The translations under genes and the position numbers were made by a program. This document shows, piece by piece, positions 1 through 10,849 of a DNA stretch of 32,000 nucleotides (position 1 is the stretch's first letter; each line of letters starts with the position of its first letter). The DNA lies in contig BAAFSQ010000045.1 of assembly GCA_054661495.1 (NCBI GenBank), forward strand, positions 1-32,000, read 5' to 3'. Origin of the DNA: Zygophlyctis sp. KS116 (Eukaryota > Fungi > Chytridiomycota). Under the pieces are notes generated by a model. That model had not been told where the DNA came from. It worked only from the letters and a program-made list of their open reading frames with translations, and made no database searches.

Positions 1-130
1 ACGAGCGGTTGGATTGAAAGTTTTCCGAGTTGATTATCGGACAAACTATTTAAAATGCAATTCACAAGTCATATATTCAAGTTGAAACGATAGTTTAACA
101 ATCTTAAGAAAGAATTATCATTTATTCAAT

Positions 131-382
131 AGGGATTCGGTGTTTTGTATCCTCTTCCAGAAGCCCCCCACCTGCCCAAACTGGTCTCACCACCTCCAAC
201 TTCACCAGCTTCTAGTCCAGCTTACTCTTCTCTGCCAAGAGTCTCTGGATCTGCTCCTAGTGGAACAGCCTAGCAGCCTAGCAACCAGCCCCAGCTCCAT
301 CAGTTATAAACAATGCAGACTCGCTAACTGTACTTTCTGTAGTTGCCATCAATATAATATAATTGCTTTGTTCGCATTATGA
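131..382 (+). pseudogene. Possible decayed 3' end of a Pro/Ser-rich GPI-anchored protein gene
   Basis: Different frames give SPPPTSPASSPAYSS..GSAPSGT and PAPAPSVINNADSLTVLSVVAIN. Removing one copy of the 5-nt ATAAT duplication (~354-363) yields a GPI-like tail ...NNADSLTVLSVVAINIIALFAL*. Further stops and frameshifts lie near the CAGCCTAG duplication. Confidence 0.3.
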
Positions 383-476
383 CGAGACGAGTTTGATACA
401 CAGATCATAATGTTAAATGTTAAATTGACTGAATCGTTCAACTCCTAATTCTGTGTCCTAGGACTCGGTTAATAAA

Positions 477-814
477 ATGAAATACGTCAAATCTCTTGAA
501 GAATTTAAACAGCTAACTGCATCTGGGATAGTAGTAGTAGATTACTTTGCAGAATGGTGTGGCCCGTAAGTTTCCTTTGAATTGAAAATATTAGATGCAA
601 GATTATTGCTCCTGTTTTTGAAGAATACTCTAAAAAATACCAAAATGCAACTTTTGTTAAAGTGGATGTTGATGAAGCTCCAGAAATTGCACAAGCTGTA
701 GGTGTAAGAGCAATGCCAACTTTTCAAATCTATGTCAATGGAGCAAAGGAAAAAGAAATTGTTGGAGCAGATAAAGTTAAATTGGAACAAGCAATTCAAT
801 CAGTGACTGCTTAA
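477..814 (+). CDS. TRX1: Thioredoxin
   Basis: MKYVKSLEEF..VVDYFAEWCGP|CKIIAP..VDVDE..VRAMPTF. A 29-nt GT-AG intron (566-594) splits the WCGPC motif. Missed by the ORF track. Confidence 0.95.
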
Positions 815-1899
815 ACTCTTTTTAAAAGATCCAGTTAAACTCCAATATCCAATTGTTGGAATGGAAAAGAAATCTTGAAATCCTGATTTTTCCATGATTG
901 ATTTTAATTTTTCCCTAGTATACTGTTGTCCTTTAGTCCAAAATAGCATGTCCAATGATACCATCGCAGTAGCTAATGGTGATTTACGATTAGTATTTAA
1001 TAGTTTTTCATGGACTAATAGTAGTCCACCATCGGGTAGAGTATCATACGCCTTTTTAAGCAATTCTAAACCAGTTGATAGATCCCAATCATGAAGTATT
1101 TGAGATAAAAATATAGTATCTACCCCTATATTTTTAGAATTTACATTAGGCCATGGATCAGTAAACATGTCTCCAGAAATTAAATCCGTTCTAGATTCTA
1201 TTCCTTGTTCTAAAAGCCATGGTCTAGTTGTAGAAAAAACATTTGGTAAATCAAATAATATTCCAAATAAAGAATCATGCGATTTTAACAATTGTGCAAG
1301 ATGAATTCCAGCTCCAGCGCCAACATCTAATATAACTTTACGAGTCTTAAATATCTCTAATTCACAAAGTGCTTTAGCTGGTAAAGAAGATATAGATCTC
1401 ATTGCTAATGTAAACTATATTTAATAATAATAAAACTTACTCTATCTGCATCAATTGCCGAATCTTCTTGTTGTTCCCATGGATCTATTGCCCCATATAC
1501 GTTTGGTGAATCACTTAAAAGACTAGATAGTAATCGTTCTGGAGTTAAAAAGAATTTAGAGTCCATAGAAATCAAATATCCAAGATATAATGGTGAATTA
1601 ATAGTCAAGTATTCTCTAGACATTTGATTTAATTGGTATTTTTGATTATACCAATCATTAGGATCATTGACATCATTTAAAACAACTTGATCTAATAGAT
1701 CTAAACAACTTAAACCAACTAAAACAGCATCCGCACCTCTTAAAGAAAACTTGAAACGTTTAGAAATGTCATGAGCGGTAACAATCTGTTCTTCATTAAT
1801 AAAATCAAATAGTTTCAAGTCTACTGCAACTGATAAAAGTGCAGAAGATCTATTATTCATTAAAATATTGTAAATGTATTGATCTCCAGATTCTGACAT
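800..1899 (-). CDS. SAM-dependent O-methyltransferase (ASMT/class II-like, N-terminal dimerisation domain)
   Basis: LDVGAGAG, GDMFTDPWP and SQILHDW motifs. A 26-nt intron (1415-1440) joins the two track ORFs in frame. Confidence 0.88.
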
Positions 1900-1902
1900 T
1901 TT

Positions 1903-2541
1903 TTAAACACCAATAATTCCACGTAGAGCTTGAGGATCAGTAAATGCAATCTTCTTATTCATGATAAACTTTGACCGATGACTAGAATTACTTTAAATAT
2001 AATCTTACTAATGTCTTGGTTGCACTGCCACCTGATCTTTTTCCTCGACAATTGTCTCTTTCCTTTCCTTCTTCTCTTTCCTTTCCTTCTTGTCTTTCTT
2101 GTCTTTTTTCTCTTTTTTAGTCTTGTCCTTTTTAGTCTTTTTAACTATTGTATCATCTTTACTCTCAACGGTGGATTTTTCTGACTTTTTATCAGATTTC
2201 TTCTTTTTCTTTTTAGGCTCTTGCATAGGCTCTAGTACAGTCTCTTGTCCAGTCTCTTGCTGGGAATCATTTAAAGATTTAAGTAGTAAACTAAATGCAG
2301 AGGTATTATCTAACCAATTATCAATTGTTCTCTGATCAGCTCCTAATCCAAGAGTATTTTCTTTTAATTTAATTTTAATATGATCCTTTTCTCCATCTTC
2401 ATTAAGTCCAAGGCCTTTTCCTACCTTCCATCCCATCTTTTCCAACATCTTGTATCCAAAAGAACTTGTATCATTTTTCCAATGCAGATTCTGGGGATCA
2501 CTAGAAATAACTTGTTTTCTCTTGACTCCTGCTAATCCCAT
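1903..2541 (-). CDS. PXR1: G-patch protein Pxr1/Gno1/PinX1
   Basis: MGLAG..DPQNLHW..FGYKMLEKMGW..GKGLG G-patch and a KKE-rich tract. After a 27-nt intron (1982-2008) the frame reads HRSKFIMNKK..LRGIIGV*. Confidence 0.92.
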
Positions 2542-2586
2542 CTTTTTACTAATAAAATTTGTTGAATTTGTTTAGCAGGAAAATTC

Positions 2587-2967
2587 ATGATTTCTTGCTC
2601 TAATTCTGAGAGTACAGCTAAACTCTTAAATACTCAAGGACTCAATCTTAACAATCTATACTGTCCTAGATGTTCCTGTCTGATTCTAAAAGCTGGAACT
2701 GCTAAACTGGACTATACAAGGTTTGAAATTCCATCAATTAGAAAAGATTCTAGTCAAGATTCTGAATTTAATTGGATGATAGAGGATATGATGACTTTTG
2801 AAAATATTGGATTTACTCACTCCCTACCAAATCAGTCTCATATTAAAAGGTACATGGCATGTGCAGAATGCGATCTAGGTAATACAAGATTATCATATTT
2901 ATTAGGTCCACTGGGTGTACAAACAGACTTTTTTTATCTTGTAGGAGATAGAGTGAAATATAGTTAA
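2587..2967 (+). CDS. DSS4: Mss4/Dss4/RABIF-family Rab nucleotide-release factor
   Basis: CPRC, WMIEDMMTFENIGF and CAECDLG|PLG motifs. In-frame 27-nt intron at 2879-2905. Confidence 0.88.
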   Translation: MISCSNSESTAKLLNTQGLNLNNLYCPRCSCLILKAGTAKLDYTRFEIPSIRKDSSQDSEFNWMIEDMMTFENIGFTHSLPNQSHIKRYMACAECDLGNTRLSYLLGPLGVQTDFFYLVGDRVKYS

Positions 2968-3897
2968 AAATCATCCCATCCTCCATCAGAATCTTTTTTA
3001 GACTCGTTTTTAGAATTGATTTCTAGGTTATAAGGTGTTGCTTCTGCTGATAAATTTGGTGAAATTGGAGATGTTTGATTCCATAATTCTTGATCTCTTT
3101 CAGATGGAGAAATTGGTAATCCTTGTTCATTCATCCATTTTTTAGCTTTATCAACTCCTGAATTTGCAATTGAAAGTCCACTATTTCCTGCATCAACTAC
3201 AGATGTTGTTATAGTATTCATATAACTGCTCATATTTTGTTGAAAATTAGGATCAGTAATTGCAATTGTAGCAGGTTGAATTACTTTTTCATTTAGAGTT
3301 GATCCCATTTTAACGGCTGTAGATGATAACCATCCAAATCCTTTTGAAAGGGCTGAAATTGGATCATCTAAAATTTCTGCATAAGGATCTTTGGTAGGTG
3401 GTGTGTCTAGAATTTTTACAATTTATAAAAAACTTACAAATATTACTACCAAATCCATCATACTTTTTTTCATTTATGGACTTTGATGAATCTTGTACAG
3501 AAATTTCACTCTTTACAAAGGGTGGTGAAACCCATATTGTTCCTTCACAATCTGCAGATAGTTTCTCCTTGTAAAATTTGGCAAAAACTGATTTATATTT
3601 TTGAGGAATGTTCATGTTTGATGACCAATCAGGATGAGATTTAAAAAATTCCAATGCTTTCATATTGCCTCCATTATCCATTCTAACTACTTGTTCTTCG
3701 CTCCATTTATCCATTGTCACTGACCGTACAAAGGAATGATGGACTCCTAGACTACGATGTACGCCAGAACAGTCTAAACAAAAAAATATTCCATAAGTTA
3801 CAGAGGCCCATTGAGGAAAGTGAACCCCACAGTCAATGCAGTTTTTATTTTCAGGTCTTGATGCAATTTCCTGTAGTTTTAGCTTCAATGGATCCAT
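2964..3897 (-). CDS. GCS1: ArfGAP1/Gcs1
   Basis: [28 protein letters not shown] zinc finger, YDGFGS and C-terminal GWDDF. Intron at 3407-3437 (31 nt). Confidence 0.92.
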
Positions 3898-3935
3898 AAA
3901 CTCGACTTTTTTGCGATAAAACGCGCAATTTTGTA

Positions 3936-4394
3936 ATGGAAAACGACAATGAAAACTGCACAGTCTGCACTCAATTCAAATCTATTCTGAAACAATCAAA
4001 AAAATCATCTCTGGAAAAATCATCGGCACAAGAATCAGTACAAGCATCAGCACCAGCAATGAAATGTCCTCCTGACGCTGATGAATTAGGATCACATTCT
4101 TGGACTTTTCTTCATACAATGGCTGCTTACTATCCATGCAACCCAGATCTCAAGTCCCAATCTATAATGTTGGATTTCATAAAAGGACTATCAGTATTTT
4201 ATCCATGTCACTACTGTGCATCTCATTTACAATCAGACTTGGTTCAACATCCACCAAATGTTAAGAGTAGACAAGAGTTTAGTGAGTGGATGTGCCAAAT
4301 GCATAATAGAGTCAATACAAGACTAGGAAAGCCAGAATTCGATTGCTCTAAAGTCTTTGAAAGATGGAAAAAAGGAAATGCAGATTGTCTTTAA
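3936..4394 (+). CDS. ERV1: FAD-linked sulfhydryl oxidase Erv1/ALR
   Basis: N-terminal CTVC, then CPPD..ELG..SWTFLH, YPCHYC and [14 protein letters not shown]. Confidence 0.95.
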   Translation: MENDNENCTVCTQFKSILKQSKKSSLEKSSAQESVQASAPAMKCPPDADELGSHSWTFLHTMAAYYPCNPDLKSQSIMLDFIKGLSVFYPCHYCASHLQSDLVQHPPNVKSRQEFSEWMCQMHNRVNTRLGKPEFDCSKVFERWKKGNADCL

Positions 4395-5679
4395 ATATTT
4401 CTAGAATCTGAGAATGAAATTCCATCATCAGATCTTGCATCATCAAAATCTATTGTCCATGGTAAAGATCTATTAGGAGGTGAAAAATCAGTCGTGGGAT
4501 TTCCTTGTCCATACCGTTTAGGAGACAGAGATCTAGAGAGTCCGGATGATTTTAGTTTTATCGGTATATTTCTCGGACTCGAGCTAATATTCTCCCAATC
4601 CTTGCTACTAGATGGGAGTCTATCCAGGGCATTAGTATCATTATAATTCGGTATAGGGAGTAATGATAATGGATCATAAATCGCCACAGGAATCGTTAAA
4701 ATTATATCAGAATTAAATAGTCCCATTCCTAAAGACACTTGGATCCAACAGTTTACTTCTCCTAAAACAGCTTTAGAGACTGTATAAATCCCTATAGGAA
4801 TCTTGATTGTAGATGCTAAATGTCTAGTTTCATGTGCATTCACAAAAAATTCAGAGTTTTTGACTAGTAATGGTGCATAATCTTGAATTTCATATTGTTC
4901 AAAAGATCTATGAGAAATATTTGAAAGACTTTCTAAAGATCTATAGAGATATAGCTTGATACCTTGAACTTTTTTAGTAGAATTATTCAAGATTTTTAAA
5001 TCAATTCGAACCTCTTGTCCTGAAATTGCCAGAGGTGATCTTAAACATCCTTCAACTTGTACAGATCCACGTCCGATCCAAGGCTGATGACTAACCTTGA
5101 TTGAAACGGGTTTATTTAAAAATGAATTTGATACATCAGCATATTCAAAAACTCTAGTTTCTACTGATGTAAATGCTGTATCAGAACGACCATGATACCT
5201 GTATTGCACCAATCTATGATTAGATCTATTAGATAATGTAGTACCCGGTAACTTTGTATCTTACTGCCAACAGACTTTTAAAAGTAAATGAAGAAGGAAT
5301 TCCCAATGGTAATTTAAACGCAAAAGGAAAACTAAATCGTCCTTTATTGGCCATTCTAAATCCTTGAGAGTTGAAACCACACACAGCTAATGATAATGGA
5401 ATATTCTCTCCTTGTAGAGTTATACTTGAAGATAAAAAAGATTCAATTAATGCATCCGATCTATCCTTGAATTCTAAAATTATTAGAGTCAGTCTTACCT
5501 TCATATCCAATGAGTTCTACGAGTATTTCACCCAATTGCAATGAATTATTTGTTGTAATGATCAAATCTAGTCTCCCGTAGAGAATTTCACCCCCAACAA
5601 AGACTTGTTTATCTAGAATTATATTAAATTTAAATTTTGGACATTTATTAGTTGCTACTCCCTTCTGATGAGATAACAT
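4391..5679 (-). CDS. Arrestin-domain (alpha-arrestin-like) protein
   Basis: FVGGEILYGRL..LIGYE, G.FSFPFAFKLP..IPSSF..VRYKV and C-lobe GQEVRIDLKILNNSTKKV. Introns at 5474-5498 (25 nt) and 5214-5244 (31 nt). Confidence 0.82.
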
Positions 5680-6036
5680 TTTAGACTGAAAGAGAATCGG
5701 TCGCGTTGGGAATGAATCGGAGATTGCATTTTTATCTTTCCAATAATAGTCAACTACAGTCCACCAGATGTATTATTTGAGCGTTTTGTATCTATTGATC
5801 ATAGGAGCATAGATAAAGATCTAGTCTATAGCCTTGAGACTGCATGTTCAAGTTGTAACAAAATTATAGAATATAAAATAGAAAATAGAAAACATAAATA
5901 TATTTATAACATAAAGAGAATATCTGGGATTATCATGTCTATCAAGGAATATTAGATCTATCAGGGAACCAAATGCCATGAGTAGTACATGTGACGACAT
6001 GTCATTGTTCCAAACCATTAGAATTTTACAGGAAAA

Positions 6037-7357
6037 ATGAATGAATTGCCTGGTTTCTCAGGACCAAATAGAGACTTTTATTCAATTCTACAAGTTGAAA
6101 GAAACTCTGATCTTAAGACTATTCAAAGAGTAAAAAAGTTGAATAATATTATAGGCTTACAAGAGATTAGCATTAAAGTATCATCCTGATAAAACAACAG
6201 ATCCGGAAGCTACCGAGATCTTTCAGACTGTTAAAAGAGCTTATGATGTACTCTCTGATGATAAGAAGAGAAGGATTTATGATGAATATGGAGAAAGAGG
6301 AGTCACAATGGTCGAATCAATGGGAGAAGTTGCTCCATTCATTGATCCTGATATTATATTCTTTTTAAATTGGATATTCTTTATTTCTTCATGTTTGGTA
6401 GCATTACTCATTCTATTTCCTACATTTATCTCTTTAAAAGCAGATGGATCAGTCAATTGGTCATGGGTAAATGTTTTTATTCCTGCATTTATACTTGATG
6501 GTTTAATACTACTAGTTTTATTAATGAAACCGGCTGAAGTAGATGTTGAAGAAGTGGATGATATTGATCTAGACGATGATGAGACTGCAGCAAGTAGTCA
6601 AAATAAACCAAAAAAGGTTTCAAATTCACTTTCAAAATGGTTGGGAGTTATTATTTTTGTATTATTGATACTATTTCAAGTATTTTTATCAACAAAATTA
6701 GATGGGACTTTTGATGGATCATGGTGGAAAGTATTTACTCCTCTTTTAGTCATGGAATTTTCAAATCTTGTTGATATGTTTTATTCAGTACCTTCAAGTT
6801 TAAAAAAGGGATATATAGATTTCAGTATAAGTGAATCTGGAGCAAGAGAAATTAAAACAGTTCCATTTTCATTTATAGAAAAAATGTCTGTGATTCTTGA
6901 TACTTTTGGAATGTGTGCATTAAGAATTTGTCAAATTCTCCTAATTTGTGCAAAATTAGAATCTCAATTAGATTCTAGTTGGGCCAAAATTTTTATACCA
7001 ACTTGGTTATGGGGATTTGTAAAGATTAGTACTATTCTTTTAATGGCAAAAGATTCTAGTAGTACATCTAAACGTACAATGATTCAATCTTCAATAGTAG
7101 CGTTTATATTTTCAAGTTTGTTTATATACATTACTTTTGGACTTTTAGTCACAAGATTGGATAAGAATGATGGGACACCAAAAGCTTCGGTGATTTTGAT
7201 CCCTGTATTTATTATAACTGGAACTTTGTTTTGTTGCTTGGGATGTTGTTTACCATGCTTAACATTGGGAATAAGAAATGCTTTAGCTCAAGAATTAAAA
7301 TCAACTGATCAGCAATTTGTATCAGTTGAACGTAGAATAGAAGCAGGAAGTGCCTGA
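6037..7357 (+). CDS. DnaJ-domain protein fused to a multi-pass TMEM185/FAM11-like membrane domain
   Basis: [11 protein letters not shown]|[29 protein letters not shown], with an intron at 6130-6154. Repeated W..(V/I)F.P TM motifs and a CCLGCC tail follow. Confidence 0.85.
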
Positions 7358-7385
7358 TGACACGTGGCATTCCTTTAGTTTTTAA

Positions 7386-8451
7386 ATGTTGACTAGTGAT
7401 AGCGTCCAGACCTTTATGATTTATAATTTCCCCTTGGAGTCTGGTATTATAATACCAAAGTGTCCAATCGCATATCAATCTTGGGGATCTCTAAATCATG
7501 AGAGAAATAATGTAATTGTTGTTTGCCATGCTCTTTCAGGCTCTTCCAAAGTCTCTGAATGGTGGCCTAATCTATTTGGAAAAGGAAAATCATTAGATCC
7601 TTCTTTATATTTCATATTTTGTGCAAACGTTTTGGGCTCTCCGTATGGATCAGCGTCTCCATTAACAATTGATTCAACTACAGAAAAGCCTTATGGTCCC
7701 GATTTCCCTATAACAACTCCCAGAGACGATGTTGCTGCTATTAAACTAGTTTTGGATTCTTTACAAGTAACAAAAATACATACTGTAATTGGAGGCTCTA
7801 TGGGAGGAATGCATGTATTGGAATGGTCATTTTATAGAGACTATGTTTTAAATTTAATACCTATTGCTACAAGTGGTAAAACATCAGCTTGGTGTTTAGC
7901 AATGAATGAAATCCAAAGACAATCTATACAATTGGATCCATGTTTTAAAAATGGGTATTATTCACCATTAGAAGCACCCTCTATTGGACTTTCTCTTGCT
8001 AGAATGAATGCTCTTTTAACTTATAGAACACATTCTTCCTTTGAAAAAAGATTTGGTAGATCTATACAAAAAGATTGTGATACATATTCTGCAATTTCAT
8101 ACTTGGATTATCAAGGATTAAAGTTTGTAAAGAGATTTGATGCAAATTGTTACTTGTCAATCATCAAGAAATTAGATAATCATGATATATCTCGTGGAAG
8201 AGGAGATTATTATCAGGTTTTACAAAGTATTAAACAAAAAACTTTGATTGTTGGAATAGATAGTGATGGTTTATATCCTGTTTGTGAACAAGAAGAATTG
8301 GCACGATATATCCCAAATTCTCGTTTAGTAATTTTACATTCTGGTACAAAATTTAAATTTAAATTAATTAATAGATGATGGACATGATGGATTCTTGTTA
8401 TTAAAGGAAGAATTAGATTCTCTAGTCTGGAACTTTATGGGTCAGACCTAG
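7386..8451 (+). CDS. MET2: Homoserine O-acetyltransferase
   Basis: CHALSG, GGSMGG and RFDANCY motifs. Splicing the intron at 8344-8374 restores the GHDGFL catalytic His motif. Confidence 0.93.
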
Positions 8452-8512
8452 GTTCAATTTTAGGTTTCAATTCATCTTGCGTCAATCCATAAATGTATAG
8501 GTTTTTTTTAAA

Positions 8513-9565
8513 ATGCCAAAGAAAGCAGTAGAGTCTTCCAAAAAGAAGCAGCTAGAAGACAAGACATTCGGACTCAAAAACAAGAAATCCGCCAAAGTTC
8601 AAAGGTATGTCGAACAAGTAAAAACTCAAGCCGCACAATCAGGAAACAAGGATGAAAGAATAGCTGCGGAAAAAAGGAAAGCTGCTCAGGCTGCAAAGAA
8701 AAAGGCTGAAGAAGATAAAAAACTAGAATTGGCAGAATTATTTAAACCAGTCATTCAACAACAAAAAGTCCCTTTTGGAGTTGATCCTAAAACTATACTT
8801 TGTTCTTTTTTCAAAGCAGGCTCCTGTGCCAAAGGATCCAAATGCAAGTTTTCTCATGATTTAAATGTCGAGAGGAAGGCAGAAAAAATTAATCTATATG
8901 AGGATTCCAGAGAAACAATGGAAAATTGGAATCAAGAGAAATTGGAAGATGCAGTAAAGCAAAAACATGAATCAAGTAATCTTAATCGCCCTACAGAAAT
9001 TGTATGCAAGTTTTTCTTGGAAGCTATAGAATCTAGAAAGTATTTTTATTTTTTTTAAAAAACAAGATATGGTTGGTTTTGGGAATGCCCTAATGGAAAT
9101 TCAAAATGCAAATATAGACATGCTCTTCCTCCAGGATTTGTACTAAAGAAGAAGGAGACTGAAGAAGAAAAACGTGAACGTGAAGCTTTGGAAAAGGATA
9201 ATGAGATTACAATTGAAGACTTTTTAGAAAAGGAAAGACATTCTCTAGGGCCTAATCTGACACCAGTGACTGCAGAATCATTTGCGGAATGGAAAAAATC
9301 AAGAAAAGATCGAGATGCTTTAGTAGAGTCTGAAGCTCAAAATAAGAAATCCGAAGAGTACAAGAGACTCAAAGCTGGAATGAAGACTGGAATGACATTT
9401 TCTGGCAAAGAGTTGTTTGACTTTAATCCTGAATGGGCTGATGCAATTGAAGAAGATGGAGCCATGGACAAGTATGAAGTACAGTCTCATTCAGAAGAAA
9501 CTCAACCAGTTCCAGTACAATTAGACATGTTTAAAGATGAGAATCTTGAAGGACTAGATGACTAA
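8513..9565 (+). CDS. TMA46: Tma46/ZC3H15 (DFRP1) CCCH protein
   Basis: EDKTFGLKNK, QKVPFGVDPK..C.FFK..C.KG.KCKFSH and K|YGWFWECPNG, with an intron at 9040-9066. Confidence 0.94.
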
Positions 9566-9567
9566 AT

Positions 9568-9758
9568 TTATTTTTTGGCTTCTACAAACAAGACATGCCT
9601 ATTCACTATTGATAAAATTAGAGAAATTTACCGATTGGATCATGTTTTAATAATGAAAGTTTTGGTAGTAGTCTTCTTCTTGTTGTGGTATAAAAGTATC
9701 CAGTTCCAGCAGTTGAGACTAGCCGGACAATGAGAGTTCTAGCCTTTACCCGTGCCAT
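9568..9758 (-). CDS. MRPL33: Mitochondrial ribosomal protein bL33m
   Basis: MARVKARTLIVRLVSTAGTGYFYTT..LLKHDPI|VNRHVLFVEAKK*, with a 26-nt intron at 9606-9631. Missed by the ORF track. Confidence 0.92.
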
Positions 9759-9864
9759 TCTTGAAGTAAAGTGCCACTTTTTTTAGATTTGAAAGTGTGC
9801 AAGGGTGTAAAAGTGTAAAAATGGAACATGGGCAAGGTTGCAGCCTAAACATTTTCTGTTAAAA

Positions 9865-10380
9865 ATGGATTCGTTGGCGTATTTAGATAATCTTTCTCCT
9901 CAGGACTCTGCAGAGATTTCTAAACTTTTATCTAGAGAGCCTAGAGGACAAATCAACAATCCGTTTCCTGAAATAGACACTTGTAACCCAGCCCCTTTGA
10001 ATGCAATTGACTTTCAAAGATTTCAACTTTTACTCCCAGACTCTGATTCCTTAATAGACTGGGAGTCTGCTCTTAATAATGCCAAGAGTTGTTTCGAATA
10101 CTCCAACAATAGAATATTAGAACTAGAACTTTTATCAAAATATGGAATTGAAGGATGGAAATCTAAAACATTATTTCTCTCACAACTCTTGGCCGTTAAA
10201 GAGTCTCAACTCTTGGAAAAAAGATCTAAAATAGATGAAATTAACAGAGAAAGAAAAGAATCTCAATTGTATATATCTGGAACTCTTAAATCTCTGGAAA
10301 ACAAGTATCAGAATTTACTCAAATCTCATATTCAAGTCAAACAAGCAGTTTTAGAATTGGAAAGTAATAAACGGAATTAA
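9865..10380 (+). CDS. SPF27: BCAS2/SPF27 (Cwf7) spliceosome-associated protein
   Basis: MDSLAYLD, W..ALNNA...EY..NRILELELLSKYG..GW and INRERK.SQ motifs. Confidence 0.85.
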   Translation: MDSLAYLDNLSPQDSAEISKLLSREPRGQINNPFPEIDTCNPAPLNAIDFQRFQLLLPDSDSLIDWESALNNAKSCFEYSNNRILELELLSKYGIEGWKSKTLFLSQLLAVKESQLLEKRSKIDEINRERKESQLYISGTLKSLENKYQNLLKSHIQVKQAVLELESNKRN

Positions 10381-10388
10381 GTGTGATC

Positions 10389-10437
10389 CATCCCATATCC
10401 CATATCCCATATAAATCATTTTAAATCATTTTAAATC
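10389..10437. repeat. Short tandem repeats (TCCCATA x3; TAAATCATTT x2+)
   Basis: Read directly: catcccatatcccatatcccatataaatcattttaaatcattttaaatc. Confidence 0.7.
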
Positions 10438-10528
10438 GATTGTATCAAGGTCGCTAGATCAGGTTAAAGCCAAGGTCAAAAACATAAAAGTTAAAAAAAG
10501 TGGCTAGGAAGTTCTTTAAAAAAATTAT

Positions 10529-10695
10529 CTGACTCTTAGATCACTTCTTTGCTCATTGTAAAATGGGTAAAGGGAAAAGTCCTCGGATCAGTCGGCAGAA
10601 ATGTCGTTTTATAATTTGTAAAGTCTAATAGACCCATGATCATTATTCATAGTTATGTGATCCATTATGAACAGAATGAGGCTTGGAAGAGTCAG
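10529..10695 (+). ncRNA. NME1: RNase MRP RNA (minimal, ~167 nt)
   Basis: P1 CTGACTCTT/AAGAGTCAG; P2 GATCAC/GTGATC; P3 hairpin with GTAA loop. CR-I GAAAAGTCCTC pairs with CR-V GAGGCTT (P4 with bulged U). P5/7 GATCA/TGATC; P8 CGGCA-GAAA-TGTCG; CR-IV ATAGTTA. T-rich tracts lie downstream. Confidence 0.87.
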
Positions 10696-10849
10696 TAATT
10701 TTCATAAACTTTTTTTGCTCATTTAACACTCTGTTGTCTCTATTCCTATTAGAGATTTCAACTTTTTGAATGTAGCTATAATAATCTCATGAATTCTTCT
10801 TTCTAGGGGAATTCATGATACAATTTCTCTTTTTAAATTCCGTAATAAA

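Noticed and set aside
1978-2335. Hydrophobic + strand ORFs (68 and 81 aa)
   Set aside because: They are antisense shadows of the Lys/Glu-rich PXR1 tract.
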